Source of the DNA: Eledone cirrhosa
Taxonomy: Eukaryota
NCBI GenBank assembly: GCA_964016885.1
Contig: OZ024743.1
Location: 33,294,001 to 33,358,000, forward strand
Length of the DNA: 64,000 bases
Direction of reading: 5' to 3'
Shown: piece by piece, positions 52,935-64,000 of the stretch
Layout: each line of letters opens with the position of its first letter
Numbering within the stretch: the first letter of the stretch is position 1
The notes under the pieces: generated by a model
Databases searched by the model: none
Seen by the model: only the letters and a program-made list of their open reading frames with translations
What the model was told of the DNA's origin: nothing
Translations under genes and position numbers: made by a program

Positions 52935-53730
52935 ATTCTCCCACTTTTTCTCATTCTTTCTCTGGAGAGTTATAGGCTCCTCCTGTTTTAAAAAAACCAT
53001 AACATGCCCTGTGTCAGGACAGTATCCCTACTGCTCCATTAAGAGCTAGCAGTTCTCTAAACTTCTTCCATCCTGTGCTTATTCTAGCTATTATGCTCTC
53101 AGACCACTTTCCTCCACTGCTAATTATTTCACCTAGATAGCAGAAACTATCCATCACTTCTATGGATCCTTCTTGGGATTGGAAAAGGTTCATATTATTT
53201 ATTTTATCATTATTATTGGTACTTTACTATATGTATCTAGCTCGTCACCCTCTCATAAAATGCATCACATAGGAACTTTCTAAAGCTGTGTTTAACCAAA
53301 AGTCTCCATTTTCTCCTGCATTTCTTGTTCCATCTTGTATCTATTTTGATGTCACTAACAACAACTTGTGTTAGATGGCACATTCTTCCCTAGGGAAAGC
53401 CTTAACATTTGTCACAGTCCATTTATCTCATTGCCTTATGAGTAAGAAATTAATTTGGCTTCAGTGTTCGCCTGATTGATATGTGATTAGATGGCTAGTC
53501 AGTTTCCTAAAATTTGTGTTGCAAATAGTTAGTTCATTTGCATTACAGAATTCCAGGAGCCTCACTCTCCCTCTTCATTTCTTGAGTTGCCATGAACTCC
53601 ACTAAATCCATCCTGGTACTGTCCCACATGTCCATTGAAGTTGCCGGCTAGGATGATGAGTTCACTTTCATAAATACCTGAGGTTGTTTGTAAAAGTTCC
53701 TCATAAAATTTATCCTTTTATTTGTTCATC
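52935..53730 (-). mobile_element. Internally deleted, decayed RTE LINE (endonuclease part joined to post-RT part)
   Basis: GNFNGHVG, LLEFCNAN, AFPREEC in 53380-53730; EVMDSFCYLG..ARISTGWKKFRELL in 53040-53170. Confidence 0.75.
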
Positions 53731-54250
53731 AGTCCTGCCTTTGACCACCCCTACACCGTAAAGTGGTCGTGTAGGTGTCACAACGAAAATACCCCAGCCC
53801 ACACTGTAAAGTGGTCGTGTAGGTTACACAACAAAAAGCCCCCAGCCCACACTGTAAAGTGGTCTTGTAGGTGACACAACAAAAAAAACCCAGCCCACAC
53901 TGTAAAGTGGTTGTGTAGGTGACACAACAAAAAGCATCCAGCACACACTGTAAAGTGGTCGTGTAGGTGACACTACAAAAAGCATCCAGCCCATACTGTA
54001 AAATGATCGTGTAGGTGACACAACAAAAAACATCCAGCACACACTGTAAAGTGGTCGGGTAGGTGTCACGACGAAAAGCATTCTGCACACACTGTAAATG
54101 TGGTTGGCATTAGGAAGGGCATCCAGCTGTAGAAACCAAGCAAGAAACAATTCTATATGAACACAACACGGTCACCTGACCCGACTTCCCTCAAACAGAA
54201 CAATCCGTCTAATCCATGCTAACATGGAAAATAGAGGTAAAACGATGATA
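53731..54250 (+). mobile_element. RTE-type 3' UTR copy with seven tandem 48-bp units
   Basis: ACACTGTAAAGTGGTCGTGTAGG.. recurs at 53753, 53801, 53849, 53897, 53945, 53993 and 54041, then the AGGAAGGGCATCCAGCTGTAGAAACC..GATGAT end shared with 24650-24829. Confidence 0.85.
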
Positions 54251-54589
54251 ATTATTATTATTATATATATATATATGTGTGTATGTATATATATGTTCAC
54301 ATAAAAAAAAACAAGTTTACGTGATTTGGTAATGCAATCATATAAAGACTAAAACAATTTAAAGCACTATATGATTTTAAAGTCCACGAAAAGACAAGCA
54401 ATAAACACTCCAGAATGTAATCCAATGTGTTAAATTCCAATCAGAATAATATGATTTCACGGAACATATATATGAAAACAAAATTTACCCGACTTAGAAT
54501 TTTTAATTCACATATATTTACACATACAAAGACACTCGAATACATAAAACCCCTATTAATTTTCCTTTTCCTCTCCAATTTATCATATA

Positions 54590-55070
54590 CAGTGTACCCT
54601 CGGCATTCGCGGAATTTTCCTTAGAACTTAACTAATAATTGTTCGTGGAAACCACCGCATATTCGCGGAATCTTAAATATCTGCTGCGATTCTTTTATGG
54701 CTTTTTTCGTGCCATTATATGGTGGATTGGCAGTATCGGTAGAGGGTCGGACGTCATGCTTTGACGCATAGAGTTACGGCCCTTTCCATTCTGAGTTCAA
54801 ATCCTGCTGAGGTTAACTTTGCCTTTCATCCTTACGGGGTCGATAAAATAAAGTACCAGTAATGTACTGAGTATTTGCTGACCTTGTGCCTAAAGTAGAA
54901 ACAATTATATGCTTTTTCACGCTTTTTAATGCTAAATTATTAATAACAATATACCGTATTTGCCGACCTATGTTTTGATGTTTAAAGGCATTTTTATTGA
55001 CCACGTCCAATATTTACGGTTTTTCCCTCTTCGCGGGTGCTCTAGAAATGTAATCCCCACGAAACAACTG
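54590..55070. mobile_element. Same Tigger-like MITE interrupted by a SINE (54721-54909)
   Basis: Colinear with 27180-27524; the nested SINE is flanked by ATTATAT. Confidence 0.8.
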
Positions 55071-56675
55071 TACTTGTTAACCCCATTCTACGTTACAATC
55101 ACAGATTTATTCTTTCACAATTTATTTCCTCCGTAACTATATGCTTAGTTACTTGAAATTTCTTAGTCACTAAACCATCTTTTTGATTAAAGATATATTT
55201 ATTACCATTATATGCTTCCATAAATTTGACTGTCTTTTTAGCATACTCTAATAATTGTTTCTACTTTTGGCACAAGGCCAGCAATTATCCCAGCGTATTA
55301 CTTATTTTATAACTTTACTATCTAATGGATAATATACCTTATAATTCCTATTAGTATACTTTTAGGTATATCTTAGTGTATAGTATTTTTTTGTATCGAT
55401 AGATTATAGTTAGTAAAATATCTATAGTTACAGAATTAATTTTTTAAAAATATTTTATCATTTATAAATTGTTTTATTTCGTTTTTAGGCTTCCATAAAT
55501 TTAAATTTAAACTATTTTTTCATTCTTACAATGCTGGAATGCTATTGTTTACGTTCTTCGCTCTGTTTATCTCTCACTTGGACTTTGAAATATGTAAGCT
55601 ATTTATTTGTATTTGATTGATTCCGATATTCTTGCAGGAATAAATATTTATTCCAGTTAGTCTCACGAAACATTCGTTAATCCATTGGTAAATGTATAGA
55701 AAGGTACCTGCTGGGCTTCGATAATTGATTTTTTTTTCTACGCTTTTTCGTTTGTTTTCAACTAAGCTGACCTCCGACAGGCGCAATCGACTTTTTTTTC
55801 CCGAAACGGAATGAGTTGGGGGGCGAGGGGGAACCCTCGGAGTTTTCTTCGGTGGGGATTTTTTTTCTTTTCTAGTTTTTTTTTTTCGTTTGTTTTCGAC
55901 CGATCTCTCACGTCCTACTCGTTAACAAGTGACCCCGTTTTCGGGAAAAGGAGTCGTTTACAGGTGCTTTCTATAAATTTACCAATCTATCATGTACTTT
56001 AATAAACCTTATCTAAAGCTTGTTTATATGTGTGTGACACACCCAAACACATATATATATATATATTATCATTGTTTATCGACCGCTTACCCTGCTAGCA
56101 AGGTTTGGTCAGCTCTACATAATCTCGGTTTCTAAATAATATGGGGGCGGAAATAAGCCTGGGGTTTGGAAAAGCGATTATTTTTCTAGGTTGTCTCCCT
56201 TGGTTTCTTTTTAGAAACCAGAATTAGTCGTTTAATTTATATAGAGAGCCTAACCTATTCCATTTATTTTATAAGATTTCTTGTAATGTTCTTTTCTTTT
56301 TTGTCATGTAAGAAAATGAATTATCACAGGAATCTGCCACGTGGAATAAATTATCACCTGAGATAGGTTAGAAAATTTTAATAAGCAATAGGGAGAGGGT
56401 GGAATAAGAGAGGTGGTGGGGACGATTATTTGAGACCCGAGAGTAGTCTATTAAGTCAGTACCGAAACTTAGCTACTGACCTCCCAGACAGGCTGGAGCC
56501 TGCATCTCATTTACGTAGGGTCTTATGTTATATTGAATGCACAGGGGAGGTTGCCATGTCTTTAACACAACTGAAGGGTCCTCCTAACCCTTTGTTTGCA
56601 AGCTATCAACGGTTAGAATCCCTTTATATCACCAACCACTTTACAGCGTGTTCTGGGTGAATTTATCGTGTAGAT

Positions 56676-56872
56676 CAGGCATGTCAAACATGCGGCTCTT
56701 TACAAGCACACCTGCGGCCCGCACAAAGGTTTTTACAGCGCGAGCATGTTTTATGTTCGTAATATAAAACTTTAAAAAATGTTGTAATGTGCGCAATTAG
56801 TTGTGTGTGGCCCTCAGACAACACATATGTGACCCATATGGCCTTCGGGGGACCCTCAGTTTGACATGCCTG
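56676..56872. mobile_element. hAT MITE
   Basis: Perfect TIR CAGGCATGTCAAAC; 8-bp TSD GTGTAGAT (56668-56675, 56873-56880). Confidence 0.92.
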
Positions 56873-57479
56873 GTGTAGATCAATACTAGGGAGGCTGATA
56901 TGGCCTTGACACGTCTGAAGGGTACTCACAATCCTTTGTTTGGCAAGTTTTCTACGGCTGGATGCCCTTCCTATTACAAACCATTTTACAGTGCGTTTAT
57001 CAATTCCGGGGGTGGGGGACTATAATTTCTTTGACACTTTATTGAGTAACGTTACTCCGAAAGCCCCATTTAGGTCACTTGTATTCGTACACACACGGAT
57101 AATACGAAGCTATCAACGCACATACACACACGTGAAAATACACACATACACACACGTGAAAATACACACACACACACAAATGTACACAATCATTTAGAAA
57201 CATTTTTTTAAATCACCTACACACACCCGCATGTAGACACACTCACTCATAATAATACACACACACACAATCGCACGCACCCATATATATAGAAACAACA
57301 GAAAAAAGCCCCCACGCACACGAAAAAACTAAAAACTCTCAGGTGTACACACCTATGACACCTGTATCCTCCTCCCCCTCCCAGGCCGGACCTTTTGCCT
57401 ACCTCCGCCTAACTATATTTTTCCTCCCAACACCCTTTTCCTAACTTCCCTTCCTAACCCTCACACACTGCTCATACAT

Positions 57480-57780
57480 CTACCTGTTGTCTCCTTATCC
57501 AAACTTCCTGATGAAGGACTTCTGTCTGAAACGTTGATCCCTCCAACATTACTTCCAAGCGTAAACCTAATATAAATGTATTTGATTCCTCATATTATAT
57601 ATTCCCCAAAGATGGCTGAATACACAGGCTTTTGCTCAAAAACATTATTTTCCTTTTTCCTTTCTCTTCCTACTCTCTATCTTTCTATTTCATCTTTTAT
57701 TTCTCGTTCTATTTTCTGATGAAGGACAAGTGTCTAAAACATAAAGACTTTTCCTAATATATCAAACGTTAAACTAATGT
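57480..57780 (+). repeat. Two tandem family A units, 208 nt apart, each with a hammerhead-like motif
   Basis: CTGATGAAGGAC-ttct-GTCTGAAACGTT at 57508-57535 and CTGATGAAGGAC-aagt-GTCTAAAAC at 57716-57740. Flanks resemble 25930-26110. Confidence 0.65.
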
Positions 57781-57815
57781 TGTTTGCTTCGTTCGTTTAC
57801 GTTTACTACAACATA

Positions 57816-58000
57816 GTGGATTGGCAGTATCGGTAGAGAGTCGGACGCCATGCTTTGACGTATAGAGTTACGGCCCTTGCCATTCTGATTCAAATCCCGC
57901 CGAGGTTAACTTTGCCTTTAATCCTTACGGGGTCGATAAAATAAAATACCAGTAATGCACTGGGTATTTGCTGGCCTTGTGCTAAACGTAGAAACAATTA
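57816..58000 (+). mobile_element. Same SINE family
   Basis: A/B boxes, core and terminus. Confidence 0.88.
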
Positions 58001-58020
58001 TTTTTATATATATATATATA

Positions 58021-58286
58021 ATAAACAACACAATATCGTTCATCAGATTTCTCTGATGAACGATGTCAGACGTTTCTGTTAGAATCGTCTAACTTCGTGA
58101 AACCTTGAGTAAGGAATAGTTATATTGTGTTGTTGATTACATAATTAAATAGCTCTGTACTATAGTTAGAGCACTCTTCTTTCCTTTACCTTTTTCACGG
58201 AAATACTTAACACACCTATATATATAGGAAAAATGACCATCCCAAATATAACAATATATATAATATATATATATATATAATATATA

Positions 58287-58352
<66 letters not shown>

Positions 58353-58615
58353 GCGCGCGCTCGCGGTCGTTTCTGAATTTGTTTTGCAAGATTTCTTATC
58401 TGAAAACGTCTGTTGAAACAAATATTGTTGTACTTTGGGAGGGTCATTCTGCCAATAAAAACACATGCGCCTGTTGGTTTTCACTTCACGCATGCACACA
58501 CACAAACAAACAAACAAACAAACAAACAAACAAACAAACAAACAAACAAACAAACAAACAAACAAACAAACAAACAAACAAACAAACAAACAAACAAACA
58601 AACAAACAAACAAAC

Positions 58616-58683
<68 letters not shown>

Positions 58684-58863
58684 ATGTAATAAACAACGTA
58701 TCAGATTCCTTCTGCTGAACGATATCAGACGTTTCTGTTAGAATCGTCTAGCTTCATGAAACCTTGGATAATGGAATAATTGTTGTTTATTACATAATTA
58801 AATAGCTCTGTACTATACATAGAGCACTCTTCTTTCCTTTACCGTTTCCACGGAAATACTTAA
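58021..58863 (+). repeat. Two direct copies (about 58021-58210 and 58688-58863) of a diverged family B pseudo-LTR with decayed hammerheads, separated by microsatellites
   Basis: Both contain CTG(A/C)TGAACGAT..CAGACG..CGTCT..GAAACCTT and end GAGCACTCTT..GAAATACTTAA, like 25850-25905. Confidence 0.7.
58503..58679. repeat. (AAAC)n followed by (AC)n
   Basis: Direct reading. Confidence 0.95.
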
Positions 58864-60300
58864 CATGTTTGATACATTTATTTCATAAATACAATTCAAA
58901 TCGTTTGCAATTCTTTCAGAATGAAAATATAAACAGACCATATAAATAAATTTACATAACAAATATGTTTTAAATATATACATAAATAACATTATAAAAT
59001 GCTTAGACAACATTATAAATAGCTTGCGATTCTTTCAGAAAGATATATTCTTTTAATGTTACAATATTAAAGAAAATGTAAAGGAATGGGTGAACAACAG
59101 AGCCAACACCAGAGCAAAAGACAGCAACGTCGCGAGTACTGGGCAACCTCTCTAATGATTTTTTAGGCAAGCCAGCACACTCGCAGTGTTGCCTCAGGTG
59201 ATGGCGAGGCTGATGCGCTGAAACAGCCAAGCACCCTCGCGAGATTCGCCAGTTACCTCTATTAGGCGAGCCGCCAGTGAGGAGAGGAATCTCGCAGTCA
59301 GCGGCCCGACTCCCCCAAACGTCTCGAAAGCCACAGGCTGAAAAATGTAGCTGGCAGACAGATCAGAGTATTTGAGGGTCTTACTCCGCTCGGCTGCAGA
59401 ATCTGTGGCTCTTGTCCTAACCGCAGCATCCAGGATGTGGGAAAGAGCAAAAGAGTCACTAACAGTAACGTCCCAGACAAGGCACCTGCTTCTCGACCAG
59501 GGGCACAGGGTAAGACCTTCAGGTCTTTTGCCGTCACTTCTGGACAACCCAGATGGTTCCAAGACTGAGGGGATATTCTCCCGGGCCAAAGCTCTCTTCA
59601 GAATGAGGTTTAGCTCCGTGTGACGCGCGAAGCGGCCGGCATTCAGGCGGCAATAAAGACTGTGGAGGCCTGTGGAGTCGAGGAGTTTTCCGCAACGGCA
59701 CCTCAAACCAATGCAGGCGTCAGCTCCCACTCTGAGGGTGATGGAGACACGAAGTTCGTACAGGCTGAGTAGGCCACCAACGTTGGCCACGGGTAGGGCA
59801 TCGACCCAGTCGCCTAAGTATTTAGCGCTGGCAGATAGTAAGCAGCACCTTGCAAACTGATCTGACTAGACGAAGAGGGAGTCGAAGGTGGCCTTCGAAC
59901 TCATGCTGTCCTAAGTTCTCTGACTTCGACTGTCCTCCACCTTCTCATGAAGAGACAAGCCCAACTCATTCCATTGCTGGAGAGTTTCACCCAACTCCCT
60001 GTTGGAACTAGTCCATGTTGGAGAGGAGAGGATGCTGCTCACCAGCGTGGAGCAAGCGTGGGTGGAGGAAAGGAAGCAGGGGAGAGAGAGGGACGAACAC
60101 TTACGAAGACCAAGACCCCCAAATCTCTTGGGCAACGCAGCCTGATCGCGGGACTCCGGAGAGAGTCTAATATTGATCAGGCACTCGAGTCTCTCGAAGA
60201 TTAGGTCGTCGAAGCGTTGGAGGTAGGACGGGGAAATCTGTGAGAGGGGCTGACCCTGAGCAGATACAGAAGCTTAGGAATAGACAGGTAGTTCCTGAAC
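58864..60300 (-). mobile_element. 5'-truncated CRE-like non-LTR retrotransposon (post-RT region, Zn knuckle, restriction-like endonuclease, 3' UTR)
   Basis: IPKLLYLLR, LPKRFGGLGLR, CRCG-x8-H-x3-C, RH..LN, LEPSGLSRSDGKRPEG, PW..LVWDVT, KTLKY, PVAFETFG, LFQRISLAI. Several stops and frameshifts; GC-rich. Confidence 0.85.
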
Positions 60301-60330
60301 ATATATATATATACTAGCAGAGGTACCAGG

Positions 60331-60491
60331 TATATCTTTATATAATTGTTTCTACTTTTGGCACAAGGCCAGCAATTACCCAGTGCATTACTGGTACTTT
60401 ATTTTATCGACCCCGTAAAATAAAGTACCAGTAATGCACTGGGTAATTGTTGGCCTTGAGCCAAAAGAAGAAACAATTATATAAAGATATA
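60331..60491. repeat. Near-perfect palindrome of a SINE 3' half plus flank
   Basis: 76-bp arms (60331-60406, 60416-60491), 9-nt spacer, 3 mismatches counted by eye. Confidence 0.9.
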
Positions 60492-61053
60492 TTGTGATAA
60501 ATGTTGCCTTTCTCTATTTCAAACTATATCTCTTTTCCTCACCTCCTCTCTCTTCCACTCTTTCTGTCTCTGTCCTTTACAGAATAGAGAGAGAGAAAGA
60601 CAATGTCAACATAAAATGGCCAGATTGTTTTTATATGGATGCAGGAAAATAAATATAATTGAATCTAATATAAATAGTTTTAAACATCCAAATAAATACT
60701 GCCAAGGAAAAATAATATACAATTTTGTGGTTGATTGTTCTCTAATTTCTGAATACAGTCTGGAGATACACACAGATAACTTTCCTTTATATTATATTTT
60801 GCAAATATATATAGTAAAATAGTCAGGACCCCGACAGCTGAGCTCCTGCCGTTTCAACAGCTAGATCCGAACTACTCTTGATAGAGTAACAGGGGCACCC
60901 TATTGATACACAGCGTTTCTTAGGCCTGAGTACAGCAGATTTATTCTAGAGATAGGAAAAATCGACCCCAGTACTAGTACTTTTATCGACCTGGAAAGGA
61001 TGAAAGGCAACGTTGACCTCAGACAACGGAGAGCTGGAACGAATGCCATAAAG

Positions 61054-61154
61054 CATTCTATCCGACGTTCTAACGACTCTGCCATTCTATCCGACGTTCT
61101 AACAACTCTGCCATTCTATCCGACGTTCTAACCACTCTGCCATTCTATCCGACG
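61054..61154. repeat. 3.5 x 29-bp tandem repeat of a SINE head segment
   Basis: CATTCTATCCGACGTTCTAACGACTCTGC at 61054, 61083, 61112 and partial at 61141, continuing a minus-strand SINE at about 60960-61082. Confidence 0.85.
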
Positions 61155-61473
61155 GGTCCATGAGCTCAATATGCGATCATAATGACTGGGAATTTCATCT
61201 GATATGCGGATTTATGTGTAAAACACATTCAAATTCAGCTGATCGATATCGAAACAATTGTCATATATTAATAAAGTTTGTATATGATGTAACCTTGAGA
61301 CTTTGTTCCTGCTTACTTTTATTTACAGTCTACTGGTTACAGCTGCCTTAGCCCTTAGCTACAAGGAAGTATGAACCCTACACAAGACAGACCTTTGTAA
61401 CTACATTGAGTGCTCTGACTGTTGAACCGCCTGTAACTATCGTTGTACACCTATCTACAATATTATATATATA

Positions 61474-61694
61474 TAGTGGTAGAACACTGGAAGGTAATAT
61501 CCGTAGTGGTAGAGTACTCAGTCCATGGGACGAGTTAGGTAGAAGTGGTTACACAACAGTTAGTTCACCATACCAAGAACAATTGTTTCACCTTAGCGGA
61601 TCCTCAGCTATAACCATGTCCATTACGAGCTGAGGATCTGCTAAGGTGAAACAATTGTTCTCGGTATGGTGAACTAAATGTTGTGTAACCACTT
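61474..61694. mobile_element. Small (TA)n-flanked element with 67-bp inverted arms, each carrying a hammerhead motif
   Basis: Arms 61543-61609 and 61628-61694 with an 18-nt spacer. Plus strand: CGAG-CUGAGGA-UCUGCUAAGGU-GAAA-CAAUUG-UU-CUCG at 61626-61663. Confidence 0.7.
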
Positions 61695-61859
61695 ATATAT
61701 ATATATATAGGACAATGTTTAACCCCGACGGTAGAGCTCAAGCCGTTTCGACGGGGTTAAACATTTTCCTATTACCCACTCTACTACCCTAAGTATTGAG
61801 TACTCTGGTGCGTTATGGTCCATCTGGTTCCTTACCACACTTCCTTCGTTATATATATA

Positions 61860-62051
61860 TAACTGTTTATACTTTTGGCACAAGGCCAGCAATTATACCA
61901 GTGTATTACTGGTACTTTATTTTATCGACCCCGTAAGGATGAAAGGCAAAGTTAACCTCGGCGGGATTTGAACTCAGACCGTAAAGCGCCGTAACCCTAT
62001 GCTACTAAGCATGGCGTCCGACCCTCTACCGATACTGCCAATCCACCGCCC
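61860..62051 (-). mobile_element. Same SINE family, in (TA)n
   Basis: Full-length reverse copy. Confidence 0.88.
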
Positions 62052-62259
62052 TTATATATAACGTTATCATCATTTAATTTGTTTTCCTTGCTAATAAATG
62101 TTGGCAAGTCATCAAAGACAAAGTCAATACTTAATCACAACCATTGATCTCTCAGATGTGTACTACGAGTGTTTAATCTTGTTACCATCTGTAGAGAGGT
62201 TGTTGTGCTCTTGACACAACTCAAGAGTTCTCTCAACCCTTGTGTAATGATTTATACGT

Positions 62260-62299
<40 letters not shown>

Positions 62300-62700
62300 G
62301 CGCATTTAAGTCGAAAGAATAAAGATGATGTTGAATGGAGAGGACATGTCAACTTCTAAAAATATTTGTGTTATGATAACATAGTCCTAGTGCATACTTA
62401 TAGTGGTTCGAACAGAGACAACAAATGTGGACTCCTAGTTTTTGGCGGCGATATGATAAGGTCTCTCGCCGTTGTGGCATAATAAACTGTACCCACTACA
62501 CTGTTAGGAGATTGTTGTTAGGAAAGACATCCAACCATTGCCACCATGCCAAAATGAAACACATGAGTGAGACATTGTTTTCTGTCCCCTCTTTTGATGT
62601 TTTATTTACTGAATCGTATCGAAGAGGAATCATATATCATGTATATATTTTTGTAATTTTTTTAAATATTATTTATATATGTATATATATATCACACATT

Positions 62701-62776
<76 letters not shown>

Positions 62777-62832
62777 CACTCACACACACATATGTATATA
62801 TATATAACACTCACACACATATATGTATGTAC

Positions 62833-62872
<40 letters not shown>

Positions 62873-62875
<3 letters not shown>

Positions 62876-63847
62876 TATTGAAATTTCAGTTAGAAACAGA
62901 AAAGGTCATAGAAATGAAGAGTGCTCTATGTCAGTATCAGAGCAAAATTTAATGTATAAAATCAATACAATATTATTACCTCATTACCAGAGGTTTCCCG
63001 AATGAGGCGAATACGAAATAAACGACTTCATTCGTTCGTCAGACGAGGCAATATAAAACATGGGCAAATACTTAGAAAAACACATCAAGAAAATCAAAAA
63101 AATATATAGATAAATGAAATAGAAATTGAAATATATAAAAATCTATCAAGAAAAATAGTTAGGTGTGTGTATGTGTATGTATATACGCTCATAGATGTGC
63201 ATATATGTATATGTGCACGTGTAAATGTATGGTTAGAAAGTGTGCGTAATTATAAAAATTTAGGGCAAATGTATCTATATGTCTGTATTATGCAGACGGA
63301 AATGGTTACTTCGTAAAAATAAGAAAATAAAGTCGCGCGCATAAAAACGCCTGGACACTCGTACATTTAGATGCGGAAAGTAAGGAGATGAAGAGAGTAT
63401 AATAAATAAAAGAAAAGTATCTATTACGATATATTTATAAAAATATAGTAACGATAAATTAGAAAGACAAGATAGAAAGAAAAAATTAAAGAAAACAAAA
63501 AAAGCGGGGGTACATACATACACAGACACGCGTGTCTCACAAAAGAAATGTAAAAATAATTATGCTTATATACACACGCGCGCTTACACTTCCATACGTT
63601 CGATACGTACATACACACACACACACACACATACTTATACTCGCGCATATAAACCTGTTTGCATGCCCATGTATGAAACTGGGTAAGTAACAAAAGAGGG
63701 AAGGGGGGGGGGGGGGGGAGAAGAAAAAAGAAACAAAAAAATATAAAACCGAAATGTCAAAAACACGGATATAAAGACACTTACATATACGCATAATATA
63801 CACACACGCACACACACAAACACCAGTACACACACGCATACATACAC

Positions 63848-63892
<45 letters not shown>

Positions 63893-64000
63893 CATGCACG
63901 CACGCGCGCGCACATACGTAGTCACTCATGTACATATATAAAAAAAGAGTATACACACATTAAGGCGTTCGGCCATATTGAAATGTGGATAAATAAATAC
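62873..64000 (-). mobile_element. 3' end/pseudo-LTR of a second, related Penelope-like element, probably running out of the window
   Basis: 62873-63100 aligns by eye with 25680-25905 (reverse complement) and 20700-20840; 63150-63280 resembles 20910-21030. Ends ...CAATACTTA against (TA)n. Confidence 0.7.
62968..63054 (-). ncRNA. Type I hammerhead ribozyme motif (family B), core intact
   Basis: Minus strand: CUGACGA (63042-63036), stem II CGAAUGA/UCAUUCG, GAAA (62997-62994), stem III CCUC/GAGG, GUA cleavage triplet, bulged stem I. A.G mismatch at the base of stem II. Confidence 0.75.

Noticed and set aside
53753-54100. CRISPR-like regular array
   Set aside because: Whole 48-bp units repeat with no unique spacers, no cas genes, eukaryotic context; part of an RTE 3' UTR.
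61238-61270. CTGATCGATATCGAAACAATTGTC as another hammerhead
   Set aside because: The core has an insertion and there is no convincing stem I or II; at most a relic.

Overview
AT-rich, microsatellite-dense animal genomic DNA; the SINE families, RTE LINEs with (GAT)n tails and (TA)n/(CA)n load suggest an octopod cephalopod (inference). Only one host coding exon is supportable: a 1,252-nt, Ser/Pro-rich, plus-strand internal exon at 17324-18575 with a NAGNAG acceptor; the rest looks intronic or intergenic. Mobile DNA dominates: two RTE-clade LINEs whose ORF carries a PHD-type C4HC3 finger inserted just after the RT core, older RTE and Rex/Babar-like relics, a CRE-like restriction-endonuclease non-LTR fragment, many tRNA-derived SINEs, and piggyBac-, hAT- and Tc1/mariner-type MITEs with TSDs. 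The most interesting layer is invisible in the ORF track: about fifteen intact or decayed type I hammerhead ribozyme motifs from at least five short repeat families, mostly at (TA)n tracts and often as inverted pairs. One family forms the inverted terminal repeats of a Penelope-like element with a decayed GIY-YIG domain (20690-25905), which an RTE later interrupted. All folding and alignment was done by eye. Most listed ORFs are microsatellite or antisense artefacts.
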